A DNA stretch of 34,559 nt from an uncultured Clostridium sp. GTDB taxonomy: Bacteria > Bacillota > Clostridia > Christensenellales > CAG-138. Every line of letters starts with the position of its first letter. Position 1 is the first letter of the stretch. Shown in pieces: positions 9,056 through 20,107 of this stretch. Location of the stretch: positions 1-34,559 of the forward strand of contig CAYPXV010000004.1 of assembly GCA_964414925.1 (NCBI GenBank), given 5' to 3'. The position numbers and the translations under genes were made by a program. The notes beneath the pieces are model-generated. The model did not search any database. It saw nothing but the letters and a program-made list of their open reading frames with translations, and was not told the DNA's origin.

Positions 9056-10099
9056 ATGTCAACTGAAAGTAAAAGCGCAAGCTACGAAAAAGCGGGTGTA
9101 GACATAACCGCGGGTTATCGTGCGGTCGAACTGATGAAAAAGCACGTTTCCAGAACATTGACCAAGGGCTGTATTTCGGATATAGGCAGTTTCGGAGGAC
9201 TTTTTAAACCCGATTTAGCCGGAATGAAAGAACCTATCCTGGTAAGCGGTACCGACGGTGTCGGAACAAAGCTTAAACTTGCGTTCACAATGAACAAGTA
9301 TAATACCGTCGGCATTGACTGCGTTGCCATGTGTGTAAACGATATCATCTGCTGCGGTGCAAAGCCTCTGTTCTTCCTTGACTACATTGCACTGGGCAAA
9401 AACGTTCCCGAAAATGTAGCTTCGATAGTCGAAGGCGTCGCAGAGGGCTGTGTGCAGTCCGATTGTGCGCTCATAGGCGGTGAAACTGCGGAAATGCCGG
9501 GATTCTATCCCGTAGACGAATTTGACCTTGCCGGCTTTGCCGTCGGTATTGTCGATAAGGAAAAGATTTTCGATAATGAAAAGATGCAGGCAGGCGATGT
9601 TCTCATCGCTCTGCCGTCAAGCGGAGTTCATTCCAACGGCTTTTCGCTCGTAAGGCATGTGTTCGGTATGAACACCAATCCCGATGTAATCAGAACCTAT
9701 GTCGAATCATTGGGTACGACGCTCGGCGAAGCATTGCTCGTACCTACAAAGATTTACGTCAAAAGTATCCTTTCACTCGGTGAACAGGTTGAAATCAAGG
9801 GTTGCGCTCATATAACGGGCGGCGGTTTCTATGAGAATATCCCCCGCTGCTTAAAGAAGGGTCTCGGCGCAAAAATCGATCGCAACAGCTTGAAGATTCC
9901 TCCCCTGTTTGAACTTATTGCACGTACGGGCAATATTCCCGAAAGGGATATGTTCAATACCTTCAACATGGGCGTCGGAATGTGCGTAGTCGTTAGCGCA
10001 AAAGATGCCGAAAAGGCTGTGGGCATATTGAAATCCTGTGGCGAAGATGCTTACATAATGGGTGAATTGGTCGCCAACGAGGGAATTACTATATGCTGA
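9056..10099 (+). CDS. purM: AIR synthetase
   Basis: [47 protein letters not shown]. Confidence 0.97.
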   Translation: MSTESKSASYEKAGVDITAGYRAVELMKKHVSRTLTKGCISDIGSFGGLFKPDLAGMKEPILVSGTDGVGTKLKLAFTMNKYNTVGIDCVAMCVNDIICCGAKPLFFLDYIALGKNVPENVASIVEGVAEGCVQSDCALIGGETAEMPGFYPVDEFDLAGFAVGIVDKEKIFDNEKMQAGDVLIALPSSGVHSNGFSLVRHVFGMNTNPDVIRTYVESLGTTLGEALLVPTKIYVKSILSLGEQVEIKGCAHITGGGFYENIPRCLKKGLGAKIDRNSLKIPPLFELIARTGNIPERDMFNTFNMGVGMCVVVSAKDAEKAVGILKSCGEDAYIMGELVANEGITIC

Positions 10100-10716
10100 T
10101 TCCCCGAGCTGCCGTGCTTGTTTCCGGCGGAGGCACAAATCTTCAAGCCATTTTGGACAAGAGGGGAACTATTGTCAACAGCGGTGAAATTGCACTGGTA
10201 ATTTCAAATAAACCCGATGTATTCGCTCTTGAAAGGGCAAAGCGTGCCGGTATAGAAAATATCTATGTACCGTATGACAAACTCCATCCCGAAAAATTCG
10301 AAAGCGAAGTTCTTTCACTGTTTGAACTTCACCGCATAGATGTTGTCGTGCTTGCGGGGTTCACTGCGATTTTAAGTGAAAATTTCGTTTCAAAGTATCC
10401 CCGTAGAATGCTGAACGTACATCCGTCACTCATCCCCTCATTTTGCGGCAAGGGTTTTTACGGGCTGAAAGTTCATGAAGCCGCACTGGAATATGGGGTT
10501 AAGGTCACGGGCGCAACGGTGCATTTTGTAAATGCAGTTGCAGATGGCGGAGAAATCGTTGCGCAAAAGGCAGTTTATATCGAGCCCGATGATACTGCTC
10601 AAAGTTTGCAAAAGAGAGTTATGGAACAGGCTGAATGGGAAATCCTGCCTATGGCTCTTGAAATGGTATTTAATGAAATAATAAATGAAAGGAACCGCAA
10701 ACATGGATCTATTTGA
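10093..10716 (+). CDS. purN: GAR transformylase
   Basis: [27 protein letters not shown]. Confidence 0.96.
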   Translation: MLIPRAAVLVSGGGTNLQAILDKRGTIVNSGEIALVISNKPDVFALERAKRAGIENIYVPYDKLHPEKFESEVLSLFELHRIDVVVLAGFTAILSENFVSKYPRRMLNVHPSLIPSFCGKGFYGLKVHEAALEYGVKVTGATVHFVNAVADGGEIVAQKAVYIEPDDTAQSLQKRVMEQAEWEILPMALEMVFNEIINERNRKHGSI

Positions 10717-11401
10717 TTATTTATCCGAAAAAGAATACCCCGGCAGGGGAATAATTGTCGGACACAACGGAACGGCGATAGTTATCGCCTATTTCATAAT
10801 GGGCAGAAGCGAAAACAGTCGCAACCGTGTTTTCCGAAAAACCGAGTACGGTCTGCGCACCATTCCCTTTGACGAAAGCAAATGCGTTGACCCGAGTCTT
10901 ATAATCTATTCGCCGGTTCGTGAACTCGGCGGTAATATCATCGTTTCCAACGGTGATCAGACGGACACCATTTACGACCAGATGACAATAGGCGGAACCT
11001 TTGAAGCCGCTCTGCATAAGCGTATTTTCGAGCCCGACAGACCCAACTTCACACCCAGAATAAGCGCAATGGTTAATAAAAACGGCTACAAGCTGAGCAT
11101 CCTTAAATCCGATGACGGATTTGGCGAAGATTGCCTGCGTGCATTCTTTGAATACAGCTACTCAAAAGAAATAGGACACATCATTCACACCTATGAAGGT
11201 GACGGCGATCCTTTGCCCTCCTTCAAGGGTGAACCGAGACGCCTTGAAATCCCTCTTATGGGTATCAACGATTTCTCCGAAAAATTGTTCGCTTCTCTCA
11301 ACCCCGAAAACAGGATATCCCTCTATACAAGATTTATCCACAACATCGGCAACAGACAGGAAATAAGAGTTATTAACAGGTGGCAACCCAGTGATATATG
11401 A
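10703..11401 (+). CDS. Stand-alone IMP cyclohydrolase, PurO-like
   Basis: YPGRGI, YFIMGRSENSRNR, DPSLIIY, VSNGDQTD, EPDRPNFTPRIS; next to a PurH lacking its cyclohydrolase domain; start at ATG behind AAAGGA. Confidence 0.85.
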   Translation: MDLFDYLSEKEYPGRGIIVGHNGTAIVIAYFIMGRSENSRNRVFRKTEYGLRTIPFDESKCVDPSLIIYSPVRELGGNIIVSNGDQTDTIYDQMTIGGTFEAALHKRIFEPDRPNFTPRISAMVNKNGYKLSILKSDDGFGEDCLRAFFEYSYSKEIGHIIHTYEGDGDPLPSFKGEPRRLEIPLMGINDFSEKLFASLNPENRISLYTRFIHNIGNRQEIRVINRWQPSDI

Positions 11402-12563
11402 GCTTAAATATGGTTGTAATCCCAACCAAAAACCTGCTTCCGTTTCAATTGACGGAGAGCTTCCGATACAGATTTTAAACGGCAGAGCCGGATATATAAA
11501 CCTTCTTGATGCACTTAACGGCTATCAGCTTGTAAGTGAACTTAAGCGTGCCACGGGCTATCCCGCTGCGGCAAGTTTTAAGCATGTCAGCCCTGCCGGA
11601 GCCGCTATCGGTTTACCGCTTGACGATACGTTAAAGCGTATGTACTTTACAGACGACAGTATAGAACTTTCGCCCCTTGCCTGCGCCTATGTCAGAGCAA
11701 GAGGTGCAGATCGTATGTCCTCATTCGGCGACTTCGTTTCCGTCAGCGATAAAGTCGATATAAGCCTTGCTAAGATATTACAACATGAGGTTTCAGACGG
11801 TATCATTGCCCCCGATTACGATGAAGAAGCATTGAATATTCTCAAATCGAAAAAGAAGGGCAACTACACCGTAATCAAGATGGATCCCGATTATGTTCCG
11901 TCTCCTATTGAAAAGCGCACGGTATACGGCATTACATTCGAGCAGGGCAGAAATGACCTGGCGATTGACGAGCATTTGCTTGAAAACATAGTAACGAAGA
12001 ATAAAACCCTACCCGAAAATGCCAAGAGGGATCTGCTTGTTGCGCTCATTACTTTGAAGTATACACAGTCAAATTCCGTTTGCTATGCCGAGGACGGACA
12101 GACAATCGGCGTAGGCGCAGGGCAGCAGTCGAGAATTCACTGCACACGTCTTGCAGGCGGTAAGGCGGACTTCTGGCATTTAAGAAAGAGTCCCAAAGTG
12201 CTTAACCTACCGTTCAGAACCGACATCCCCAGAGCAAATCGTGATAACGCAATCGATTTGTATTTGAGCAATGAAGAATCGGGAGATGTACTGGATGAAG
12301 GTAAGTGGCAGAATTTCTTCACCGTTCGTCCCGAACCGTTCACCGTTGAAGAAAAGAAGCAATGGCTGTCTCAATTCACCGACACCGTTGTCGCAAGCGA
12401 TGCTTTCTTCCCGTTCAGCGACAATATAGAGCGTGCGCATAGAAGCGGAGTCCGCTATATAGCACAGCCCGGCGGTTCGGTACGTGATGACGATGTAATT
12501 AAAGCCTGTGATGAACACGATATGCTCATGGCTTTTACGGGAATCAGATTGTTCCATCATTAA
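11391..12563 (+). CDS. purH: AICAR transformylase (PurH C-terminal domain only)
   Basis: Begins at LKYGCNPNQ; SFKHVSPAG, KYTQSNSV, GAGQQSRIHC, ASDAFFPF, QPGGSVRD, RLFHH; 390 aa with no N-terminal MGS domain. Confidence 0.92.
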   Translation: MIYELKYGCNPNQKPASVSIDGELPIQILNGRAGYINLLDALNGYQLVSELKRATGYPAAASFKHVSPAGAAIGLPLDDTLKRMYFTDDSIELSPLACAYVRARGADRMSSFGDFVSVSDKVDISLAKILQHEVSDGIIAPDYDEEALNILKSKKKGNYTVIKMDPDYVPSPIEKRTVYGITFEQGRNDLAIDEHLLENIVTKNKTLPENAKRDLLVALITLKYTQSNSVCYAEDGQTIGVGAGQQSRIHCTRLAGGKADFWHLRKSPKVLNLPFRTDIPRANRDNAIDLYLSNEESGDVLDEGKWQNFFTVRPEPFTVEEKKQWLSQFTDTVVASDAFFPFSDNIERAHRSGVRYIAQPGGSVRDDDVIKACDEHDMLMAFTGIRLFHH

Positions 12564-12575
12564 TCAGGAGTAAGC

Positions 12576-13841
12576 ATGAATATTTTACTTATCGGCTCGG
12601 GCGGTCGTGAACACGCCATAGCCAAAAAGCTTTGTCAAAGCCCCAAATGTACCAAGCTTTATGCTTTACCCGGTAACGGCGGTATAGGTGAAATTGCACA
12701 GTGCGTCAATATTTCCGCAACGGATATTGAAGGCATAGTTCAATTTGCCGTTACTCACTCCATCGACTTTGCGGCGGTAATCCCCGATGATCCGCTTGCT
12801 TTAGGGCTTACCGATAAGCTTAGGGGAAAGGGTATTCCCTGTTTCGGACCGTCTGCGGCAGCCGCAATAATCGAAAGCAGCAAGGTGTTTTCAAAGCAGT
12901 TGATGAAAAAATACGATATTCCCACCGCTAATTACGAAACCTTCGATTGTTGCGACAAAGCTGTAGAGTACGCATCTACACAAAATTATCCGCTCGTCAT
13001 AAAGGCGGACGGACTTGCTTTGGGTAAGGGCGTTATAATTGCCGAAAATTTCGAAGAAGCACAGACCGCCATCAGGCAGATGATGCTCGATAAGAAGTTC
13101 GGCGAAAGCGGAGTGCGAATAGTAATAGAAGAATTTCTTTGCGGAGAAGAAGTATCCGTACTTACATTTACCGACGGAAAAACTGTTGTTCAAATGCCTT
13201 CCTCAATGGACCACAAGCGCATAGGCGACGGTGACGTCGGACTCAATACAGGCGGCATGGGCGCAATAGTCCCCAACCCCTTCTATACCGATGAAATGCA
13301 GCATCGTACTATGGAAGAAATTATTCTTCCCACGATAAACGCCATGCGCAGCGAAGGAAGAACTTTCAAGGGCTGTCTTTATTTCGGTCTTATGATTACA
13401 AAGGACGGACCTAAGGTTATAGAATACAACTGCCGCTTCGGTGACCCCGAAACGCAGGCGGTACTCCCGCTGCTCAAAAGCGACCTGGTTGAAATCATGC
13501 TCGCCGTTGAAAACGAAACGCTTGAAAACTGCGAAGTTGAATTTGAAAACGCAAGCTCCTGCTGTCTTGTTATCGCAAGCGACGGTTATCCCGTAAAATA
13601 CGAAAAGGGCAAGGAAATTACCTTTGGGCATTTCCCGGGAAATATTACCGTTTTCCATGCAGGCACAAAGAAAGACGGCGAAAAGCTGCTGACAAACGGC
13701 GGAAGGGTCTTGGGCATAACCTCCGTTTGCGACAATTTGGACGATGCGATAAAAGCATCGTATGAAGCCGCAAAGCAAATCCGCTTCGACGGTATGTATT
13801 TCAGAAAAGATATAGGTCAAAGAGCTTTAAAGGCAAAATAA
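12576..13841 (+). CDS. purD: GAR synthetase
   Basis: GSGGREHA, KADGLALGKGV, DHKR, NTGGMG, EYNCRFGDPETQ, TNGGRVL. Confidence 0.97.
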   Translation: MNILLIGSGGREHAIAKKLCQSPKCTKLYALPGNGGIGEIAQCVNISATDIEGIVQFAVTHSIDFAAVIPDDPLALGLTDKLRGKGIPCFGPSAAAAIIESSKVFSKQLMKKYDIPTANYETFDCCDKAVEYASTQNYPLVIKADGLALGKGVIIAENFEEAQTAIRQMMLDKKFGESGVRIVIEEFLCGEEVSVLTFTDGKTVVQMPSSMDHKRIGDGDVGLNTGGMGAIVPNPFYTDEMQHRTMEEIILPTINAMRSEGRTFKGCLYFGLMITKDGPKVIEYNCRFGDPETQAVLPLLKSDLVEIMLAVENETLENCEVEFENASSCCLVIASDGYPVKYEKGKEITFGHFPGNITVFHAGTKKDGEKLLTNGGRVLGITSVCDNLDDAIKASYEAAKQIRFDGMYFRKDIGQRALKAK

Positions 13842-13856
13842 GAAGAAGGAAACATT

Positions 13857-16800
13857 ATGGTATTTAGGATTTTCAGCGAAAAGAAAAAGGAATACCGTGA
13901 AGCCGCCCGGTCACTCAAGGCGGAAATCGGTATAAAAGAAATCGAAGAAATACGAATAATAAATCGTTATGATGTAGAGGGCATAGACGAACAACTCTTT
14001 AAGCTGTGTTCGCTCACCGTTTTTTCGGAGCCCCGGGTTGACGATGTTTATTTTGATCTTCCGCAATTCCCTGTAAATACCCATGTATTTGTCACGGAAT
14101 ATTTGCCGGGTCAATTTGATCAGAGAGCGGATTCGGCGGCGCAGTGCATAAGCCTTGTCGGCTCGTGCGAACGTCCTGCCGTGCGCAGCGCGGTCGTGTA
14201 TGCGCTTGTAGGCGATATCACTTCCGAGCAGCTTGAAAAGGTCAAGAAATACATAATAAACCCCGTCGATTCAAGAGAAGCGGATATGAACAAACCCGAG
14301 ACGCTCAAGATGGCGCAAACGGAAGTTAAAGATGTTGAATCGGTGCCGCTGAGTGAAATCGATTCGAAGGAGCTTATAGCCAAATACGGTCTTGCAATGG
14401 ATGAGGCTGATGTGAATATGTTGAAGGATTATTTTGCATCCGAACACAGAGAGCCCACTATAACGGAGTTAAAGGTTATAGATACCTACTGGTCCGACCA
14501 TTGCAGACATACTACATTCAATACGGAAATAACCCAAGCACAGATTAACGATAAAAAAGTTGCCAACGCATACAGGAGATATCTGTCGCTGCGCAATGAA
14601 ATAGGCGATAAGAAGGATGTATGCCTCATGGATATGGGTTGTTTTGCAGCCAAGGCACTGAAAAAAGAGGGCGTACTGAAAAATCTTGACGAATCGGATG
14701 AAATAAACGCCTGCACGGTTAAGGTTGACGTTGACGTTGACGGAGTGAAAGAACCGTGGCTTTTGCTGTTTAAAAACGAAACTCATAATCACCCCACCGA
14801 GATAGAACCGTTCGGCGGTGCGGCAACATGCGTCGGCGGAGCTATAAGAGATCCGCTTTCGGGACGAAGCTACGTTTATAACGCAATGCGTATAACGGGT
14901 TGCGGCGATCCGTTGACAAAAATCGAAGATACGATTCCGGGCAAACTTCCGCAGAGAAAGATAGCAACTACCGCCGCTGCCGGCTACAGTTCTTACGGCA
15001 ATCAGATAGGTCTGGCTACAGGTTTGGTTGATGAACTTTACCACCCGGGATACATTGCAAAACATATGGAAATCGGCGCAGTTGTAGGTGCAGCCCCCAA
15101 AAACAATGTCAGAAGGGACAAGCCCTGCGCAGGAGATAAGGTCATTCTGCTCGGAGGAAGAACCGGTAGGGACGGCTGCGGAGGAGCAACGGGCTCATCC
15201 AAATCTCATACGACCGATTCACTTGCAAGTTGCGGCGCAGAAGTTCAAAAGGGTAATGCTCCCGAAGAACGCAAGCTTCAACGACTCTTTTCAAACCCCG
15301 ACGCTACCAAGCTTATAAAATGCTGCAACGATTTCGGCGCAGGCGGTGTCTCCGTCGCCATAGGCGAACTTGCCGACGGTCTTGAAATAAACCTTGATGC
15401 CGTACCGAAAAAGTACGAAGGTTTGGACGGAACGGAGCTTGCGATAAGCGAATCTCAGGAGAGAATGGCCGTGGTTGTCGAAGCAAATGACGCTAAGACA
15501 TTCTTAGACCTTGCCTATGAAGAAAACCTCGAAGCTACGATTGTGGCGGAAGTAAACGACAGCGGAAGAATGGTGATGTACCACAACGGGAAACGTATCG
15601 TTGATATTTCAAGAGAATTTTTGAATACAAACGGTGCGAAGAAATCTGCGCACGTTGTTGTTACCGAACCCGAAAAGGTAGAAACGAAGCTTAAAGGCGA
15701 CAATTTCCATGACTGCATTTGTGCATTGGTAAGCGACTTAAACGTTTGCTCACGTCAGGGACTTGCGGAGAGATTTGACTCCACCATAGGTGCGGGAACG
15801 GTGCTTATGCCGTTTGGCGGAAAGAATATGGTTACCCCCACACAGGTCATGGCGGCAAAATTCCCCGTCAGAAACGGACAGACCGATTCATGCTCCGTAA
15901 TGAGTTACGGTTTTGACCCCTATCTTTCCGAAAAAGACCCCTATATGGGTGCATACTATGCCGTTATAAATTCCGTTGCCAAGCTTGCGGCAAGCGGTGC
16001 AAGTCTTGAAAACTGCTACCTCACCTTCCAGGAATATTTCGAGAAATTGGGTAACGACGAACAGCGCTGGGGAAAACCCGTTGCGGCACTTCTCGGTGCA
16101 TTGGACGCACAGCTCGGTCTCAAACTTGCGGCAATAGGCGGTAAAGATTCCATGAGCGGAAGCTTTGAAAATATTCACGTTCCGCCCACGTTAGTCTCTT
16201 TCGCAATCACAAAAGACGAAGCAAAAAATATCATCTCGCCCGAATTTAAGGGCAGTGACCACAGCGTAATAATTATCGAACCCGAAGTCAACGAGTTCGG
16301 AATTGCCGATGTAAATTCTTTGAGAGAGAAATATGACTATGTAAACAAGCTCATATCCTGCGGCAAAGCCGTTTCCGCATGGGCGGTAACAGTCGGCGGC
16401 ATAGCAGAGGGCGTGTTCAAAATGGCAATCGGCAACGGAATAGGTTTCCGCTTTGACAGTTCCGTAACTTTGACGGATGCGTTTAAGATGAACTACGGCA
16501 GCATAATCCTTGAGCTTAACGAAAAGGTAAGTTCATTTGACGGCGCAAGGATAATAGGCAGTACCGTTTCAAATGAGAGCATAATCTTCGGTGATGAAAG
16601 CGTATCTCTTTCATCGCTTAACGAACTGTATTCATCCAAGCTTGAAAGCGTCTATCACCACAGGACAGAGGATAATAACGATGTGCCTGCGATAACATAT
16701 GAATTTACAGGAAAGAGAACCTTCCCTGCCGTAAAGCGTGAAAAGGTAAAGGTTCTTATACCCGTATTCCCCGGAACGAACTGCGAATTCGATTCCGCAA

Positions 16801-17543
16801 GGGCAATGCGCCTTGCAGGTGCAGAACCCGAGATTCTCGTTATAAAGAATCTGAACGTTCAAAGCATCAACGAATCCGTGGACGCTTTTGCAAGAAAGCT
16901 TGCAGAATCGCAAATTTTGTTTATCCCCGGCGGGTTCTCGGGCGGAGATGAGCCGGAAGGATCGGCAAAGCTTATAGCATCGTTCATGAGAAACGGCAAA
17001 GCCGCAAGCGAAATTACGCAGCTGCTTGATAAGCGTGACGGATTGATTCTGGGCATATGTAACGGTTTCCAGGCTCTTGTCAAGCTCGGACTTGTTCCGT
17101 TCGGACGCATAATCACGGCGGATGAATACTGTCCCACATTGACATTCAATACGATAGGACATCACCGTTCGCGCCTTGTTCATACACGTGCCGCATCGAA
17201 TCTGTCGCCGTGGCTCATGTACAGGCAGCCGGGCAGCATAGCAACCGTTCCCGTTTCACACGGTGAAGGCAGGTTTGTATGCAATGATGAACTTATGGCA
17301 AAGCTTATAAAGAACGGACAGGTCGCATTCCAGTATTGCGATGCAAACGGTCATGTTTCCATGGATACCGTGATTAACCCCAACGGTTCGGTATTCGCCG
17401 TTGAAGGCATTACAAGCCCCGACGGCAGAATTTTGGGTAAGATGGCACACAGCGAACGCATGGGTGAAAATCTTTATAAGAACGTACCCGGAAATGATGA
17501 GTTTTCCATTTTCAAAGCCGCAGTTGATTATTTTAAGGTTTAA
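13857..17543 (+). CDS. purL: FGAM synthase, fused clostridial type with glutaminase domain
   Basis: YWSDHCRH, ETHNHPT, NDFGAGG, SESQERM, FPGTNC, GGFSGGD, LGICNGFQ, SHGEG, MAHSER. Confidence 0.96.
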   Translation: MVFRIFSEKKKEYREAARSLKAEIGIKEIEEIRIINRYDVEGIDEQLFKLCSLTVFSEPRVDDVYFDLPQFPVNTHVFVTEYLPGQFDQRADSAAQCISLVGSCERPAVRSAVVYALVGDITSEQLEKVKKYIINPVDSREADMNKPETLKMAQTEVKDVESVPLSEIDSKELIAKYGLAMDEADVNMLKDYFASEHREPTITELKVIDTYWSDHCRHTTFNTEITQAQINDKKVANAYRRYLSLRNEIGDKKDVCLMDMGCFAAKALKKEGVLKNLDESDEINACTVKVDVDVDGVKEPWLLLFKNETHNHPTEIEPFGGAATCVGGAIRDPLSGRSYVYNAMRITGCGDPLTKIEDTIPGKLPQRKIATTAAAGYSSYGNQIGLATGLVDELYHPGYIAKHMEIGAVVGAAPKNNVRRDKPCAGDKVILLGGRTGRDGCGGATGSSKSHTTDSLASCGAEVQKGNAPEERKLQRLFSNPDATKLIKCCNDFGAGGVSVAIGELADGLEINLDAVPKKYEGLDGTELAISESQERMAVVVEANDAKTFLDLAYEENLEATIVAEVNDSGRMVMYHNGKRIVDISREFLNTNGAKKSAHVVVTEPEKVETKLKGDNFHDCICALVSDLNVCSRQGLAERFDSTIGAGTVLMPFGGKNMVTPTQVMAAKFPVRNGQTDSCSVMSYGFDPYLSEKDPYMGAYYAVINSVAKLAASGASLENCYLTFQEYFEKLGNDEQRWGKPVAALLGALDAQLGLKLAAIGGKDSMSGSFENIHVPPTLVSFAITKDEAKNIISPEFKGSDHSVIIIEPEVNEFGIADVNSLREKYDYVNKLISCGKAVSAWAVTVGGIAEGVFKMAIGNGIGFRFDSSVTLTDAFKMNYGSIILELNEKVSSFDGARIIGSTVSNESIIFGDESVSLSSLNELYSSKLESVYHHRTEDNNDVPAITYEFTGKRTFPAVKREKVKVLIPVFPGTNCEFDSARAMRLAGAEPEILVIKNLNVQSINESVDAFARKLAESQILFIPGGFSGGDEPEGSAKLIASFMRNGKAASEITQLLDKRDGLILGICNGFQALVKLGLVPFGRIITADEYCPTLTFNTIGHHRSRLVHTRAASNLSPWLMYRQPGSIATVPVSHGEGRFVCNDELMAKLIKNGQVAFQYCDANGHVSMDTVINPNGSVFAVEGITSPDGRILGKMAHSERMGENLYKNVPGNDEFSIFKAAVDYFKV

Positions 17544-17572
17544 TTTAAAACCGTCGGTTGACCGATTGAGGC

Positions 17573-17601
17573 TTGATTTTAGAATTAACTTAGTGTACAA
17601 T
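17573..17601 (+). promoter_or_regulatory. Internal promoter for folD-guaB
   Basis: TTGATT-17 bp-TACAAT, overlapped by a bulged palindrome. Confidence 0.55.
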
Positions 17602-17654
17602 TAATCAATTTACACCGTTCGACATTTATGAACGGGAACAGAAAAGGAGTCATG

Positions 17655-18509
17655 ATGTCAGCAAAGATAATTGACGGAAGATTGCTTGCGGATGAAGTAT
17701 ACCACGAATTGAGCGGCAGGGTTAAACGCCTCAGCTCAATGGGTATCGTTCCGTGCATTGCAATCCTCAGCATCGGAGATGATGTTCTTGATAAAAAGAG
17801 GGTTTCTCTTAAAGAAAATGCGGCAATGAAGCTGGGTATGGAAAGCATAACATATTGCCTCAGACCGGATATTACTCAGGACAGGGTTATTGAACTTATC
17901 AACAAGCTCAATCAGGATAAACACATACACGGAATCATTGTTCAAACTCCCATGCCGGACCAGCTTGATGTAAAGGCGGTTCTTGAATCAATAGATCCGG
18001 AAAAGGATTTGGATGGTTTACATTTCTGTAATGCCGGTAAACTCCTCAACGGAGACCCTGCAATCGTTGCCTGTACGCCAAGAGCTATCATAAGAATTAT
18101 TGACAGCATCGGTATGGATATTCAAGCAAAGCACACCGTTGTTGTCGGTAAATCCGTACTCGTCGGCAGACCCATTGCCGTTTGCCTTTTAAACAGAAAC
18201 GCAACGGTTTCCGTTTGTCACACCAAAACAACCAACTTAGCCGATATAACCAAGAATGCCGATATTCTGGTCGTTGCTGCCGGCAGCCCTGCCCTTATTA
18301 AGGCGGACATGGTTAAGGAAGGTGCGGTCGTGATTGACGTGGGACAGACAAGCGTTGACGGGCATTTAAAAGGCGACGTTGATTTTGACGCAGTCAGTGA
18401 AAAAGCAAGCTATATCACCAAAACAGTCGGCGGTGTCGGTCCTATGACAGTCGCAATGCTTATGGCTAATTTGGTTGATTGTGCAGAAAATATAAGCAGA
18501 ATACACTAG
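17655..18509 (+). CDS. folD: FolD-family methylene-THF dehydrogenase/cyclohydrolase (divergent)
   Basis: IIDG, GIIVQTP, EKDLDG, CTP, VVVGKS..VGRP, VIDVG, GDVD, GGVGPMT; start chosen behind AGGAG. Confidence 0.88.
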   Translation: MSAKIIDGRLLADEVYHELSGRVKRLSSMGIVPCIAILSIGDDVLDKKRVSLKENAAMKLGMESITYCLRPDITQDRVIELINKLNQDKHIHGIIVQTPMPDQLDVKAVLESIDPEKDLDGLHFCNAGKLLNGDPAIVACTPRAIIRIIDSIGMDIQAKHTVVVGKSVLVGRPIAVCLLNRNATVSVCHTKTTNLADITKNADILVVAAGSPALIKADMVKEGAVVIDVGQTSVDGHLKGDVDFDAVSEKASYITKTVGGVGPMTVAMLMANLVDCAENISRIH

Positions 18510-18532
18510 ATCATTATTATAAAGGAGTTATT

Positions 18533-20041
18533 ATGGCATACATTTACGATGAACCGTCAAGAACCTTCGGCGAATACCTGTTGGTTCCGGGCTATTCAGG
18601 CAAAAACTGCATTCCCGCTAATGTCAGTTTGAAAACACCTCTCGTCAAATACAGAAAGGGCGAGGAGGAATGCCCCGTCAGCATAAATATCCCCATGGTC
18701 TCCGCCGTTATGCAGGCGGTATCCAACGATACCATGGCTATCGCACTTGCCCGTGAAGGCGGAATCTCATTTATCTACGGTTCCCAAACCCCCGAAGCTC
18801 AGGCTCAGATGGTTAAAAATGTCAAGGGCTATAAGGCAGGCTTTGTTGTCAGCGACTCAAACCTCAAGCCCGACGCAACCCTAAAAGACGTTCTTGAGCT
18901 TTACGAAAAAACAGGTCACTCCACCGTTGCCATAACCGATGACGGCACAGGTACGGGTAAACTTCTGGGTTTGGTAACGGATAAGGATTACAGGGTCAGT
19001 CGCATGAGTTCGTCCGAACCCGTGGTTAATTTCATGACCCCGATGGATAAACTTTTCTATGCTTACGACGATACCACGTTGAAAACAGCAAACGATATTA
19101 TCTGGGAACACAAGCTTAACGCTTTGCCTATTATCGACAAGGACGGAATGCTGAAATATTTCGTATTCCGCAAGGACTATTCCACTCATAAAGCAAATCC
19201 TTCGGAATGCATCGATACACATAAGCGTTACATGGTCGGCGCAGGTATAAATACAAGGGATTATGAGCAGAGAGTTCCGCTGCTTGTAGATGCAGGTGTC
19301 GATGTACTTTGCATTGACTCATCCGAAGGCTTTACCGAATGGCAGAAGATAACAATCGAGTACATAAAGCAGACCTACGGCGACAAAGTTAAGGTCGGTG
19401 CGGGCAATGTAGTCGATGCCGAAGGTTTCAGATTTCTTGCAAATGCAGGTGCCGATTTCATTAAAGTCGGTATCGGCGGCGGAAGTATCTGCATTACCCG
19501 TGAACAGAAGGGTATCGGCAGAGGACAGGCAACCGCAGTGCTTGACGTTGCAAAGGAAAGGGACAAGTATTTCAAGGAGACGGGTATTTATATCCCCATC
19601 TGCTCCGACGGCGGCATAGTTCATGACTATCACATCACCCTGGCTCTGGCAATGGGTGCCGACTTCGTCATGCTGGGTAGGTATTTCTCAAGATTTGACG
19701 AAAGTCCCACCGAAAAAATCCGTATCAACGGCAATTACTATAAGGAATACTGGGGCGAAGGCAGCAATCGTGCGCGCAATTGGCAGCGTTACGATATGGG
19801 CGGAGCGGCAAAACTCAGCTTTGAAGAAGGCGTTGACGCTTATGTTCCCTATGCAGGCAACTTGAAGGATAATGTCAATGCTACCCTCAACAAGGTGAAA
19901 TCCACCATGTGCAATTGCGGTGTATTGACAATAGAAGAATTGCAGAAGAACGCCAAACTAACGGTCGTATCGTCAACCAGTATCGTTGAAGGCGGTTCTC
20001 ACGATGTAATTCTTAAAAACAATGTGCCTGCCAAAGGTTGA
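18533..20041 (+). CDS. guaB: IMP dehydrogenase with CBS pair
   Basis: [23 protein letters not shown] (catalytic Cys), SDGG, YWGEGS, EEGVD; RBS AAGGAG. Confidence 0.95.
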   Translation: MAYIYDEPSRTFGEYLLVPGYSGKNCIPANVSLKTPLVKYRKGEEECPVSINIPMVSAVMQAVSNDTMAIALAREGGISFIYGSQTPEAQAQMVKNVKGYKAGFVVSDSNLKPDATLKDVLELYEKTGHSTVAITDDGTGTGKLLGLVTDKDYRVSRMSSSEPVVNFMTPMDKLFYAYDDTTLKTANDIIWEHKLNALPIIDKDGMLKYFVFRKDYSTHKANPSECIDTHKRYMVGAGINTRDYEQRVPLLVDAGVDVLCIDSSEGFTEWQKITIEYIKQTYGDKVKVGAGNVVDAEGFRFLANAGADFIKVGIGGGSICITREQKGIGRGQATAVLDVAKERDKYFKETGIYIPICSDGGIVHDYHITLALAMGADFVMLGRYFSRFDESPTEKIRINGNYYKEYWGEGSNRARNWQRYDMGGAAKLSFEEGVDAYVPYAGNLKDNVNATLNKVKSTMCNCGVLTIEELQKNAKLTVVSSTSIVEGGSHDVILKNNVPAKG

Positions 20042-20077
20042 ACCGAGTAAATATATTTAAAATCGTTAAAATTTTAC

Positions 20078-20107
20078 TTGACATTCGGCGGATGATTCCG
20101 CTATAAT
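20078..20107 (+). promoter_or_regulatory. Consensus sigma-A promoter of the rpmH block
   Basis: TTGACA-18 bp-TATAAT preceded by an AT-rich tract. Confidence 0.85.

Noticed and set aside
11334-11342. Perfect DnaA box TTATCCACA
   Set aside because: Single copy inside a CDS; compatible with chance, not an origin
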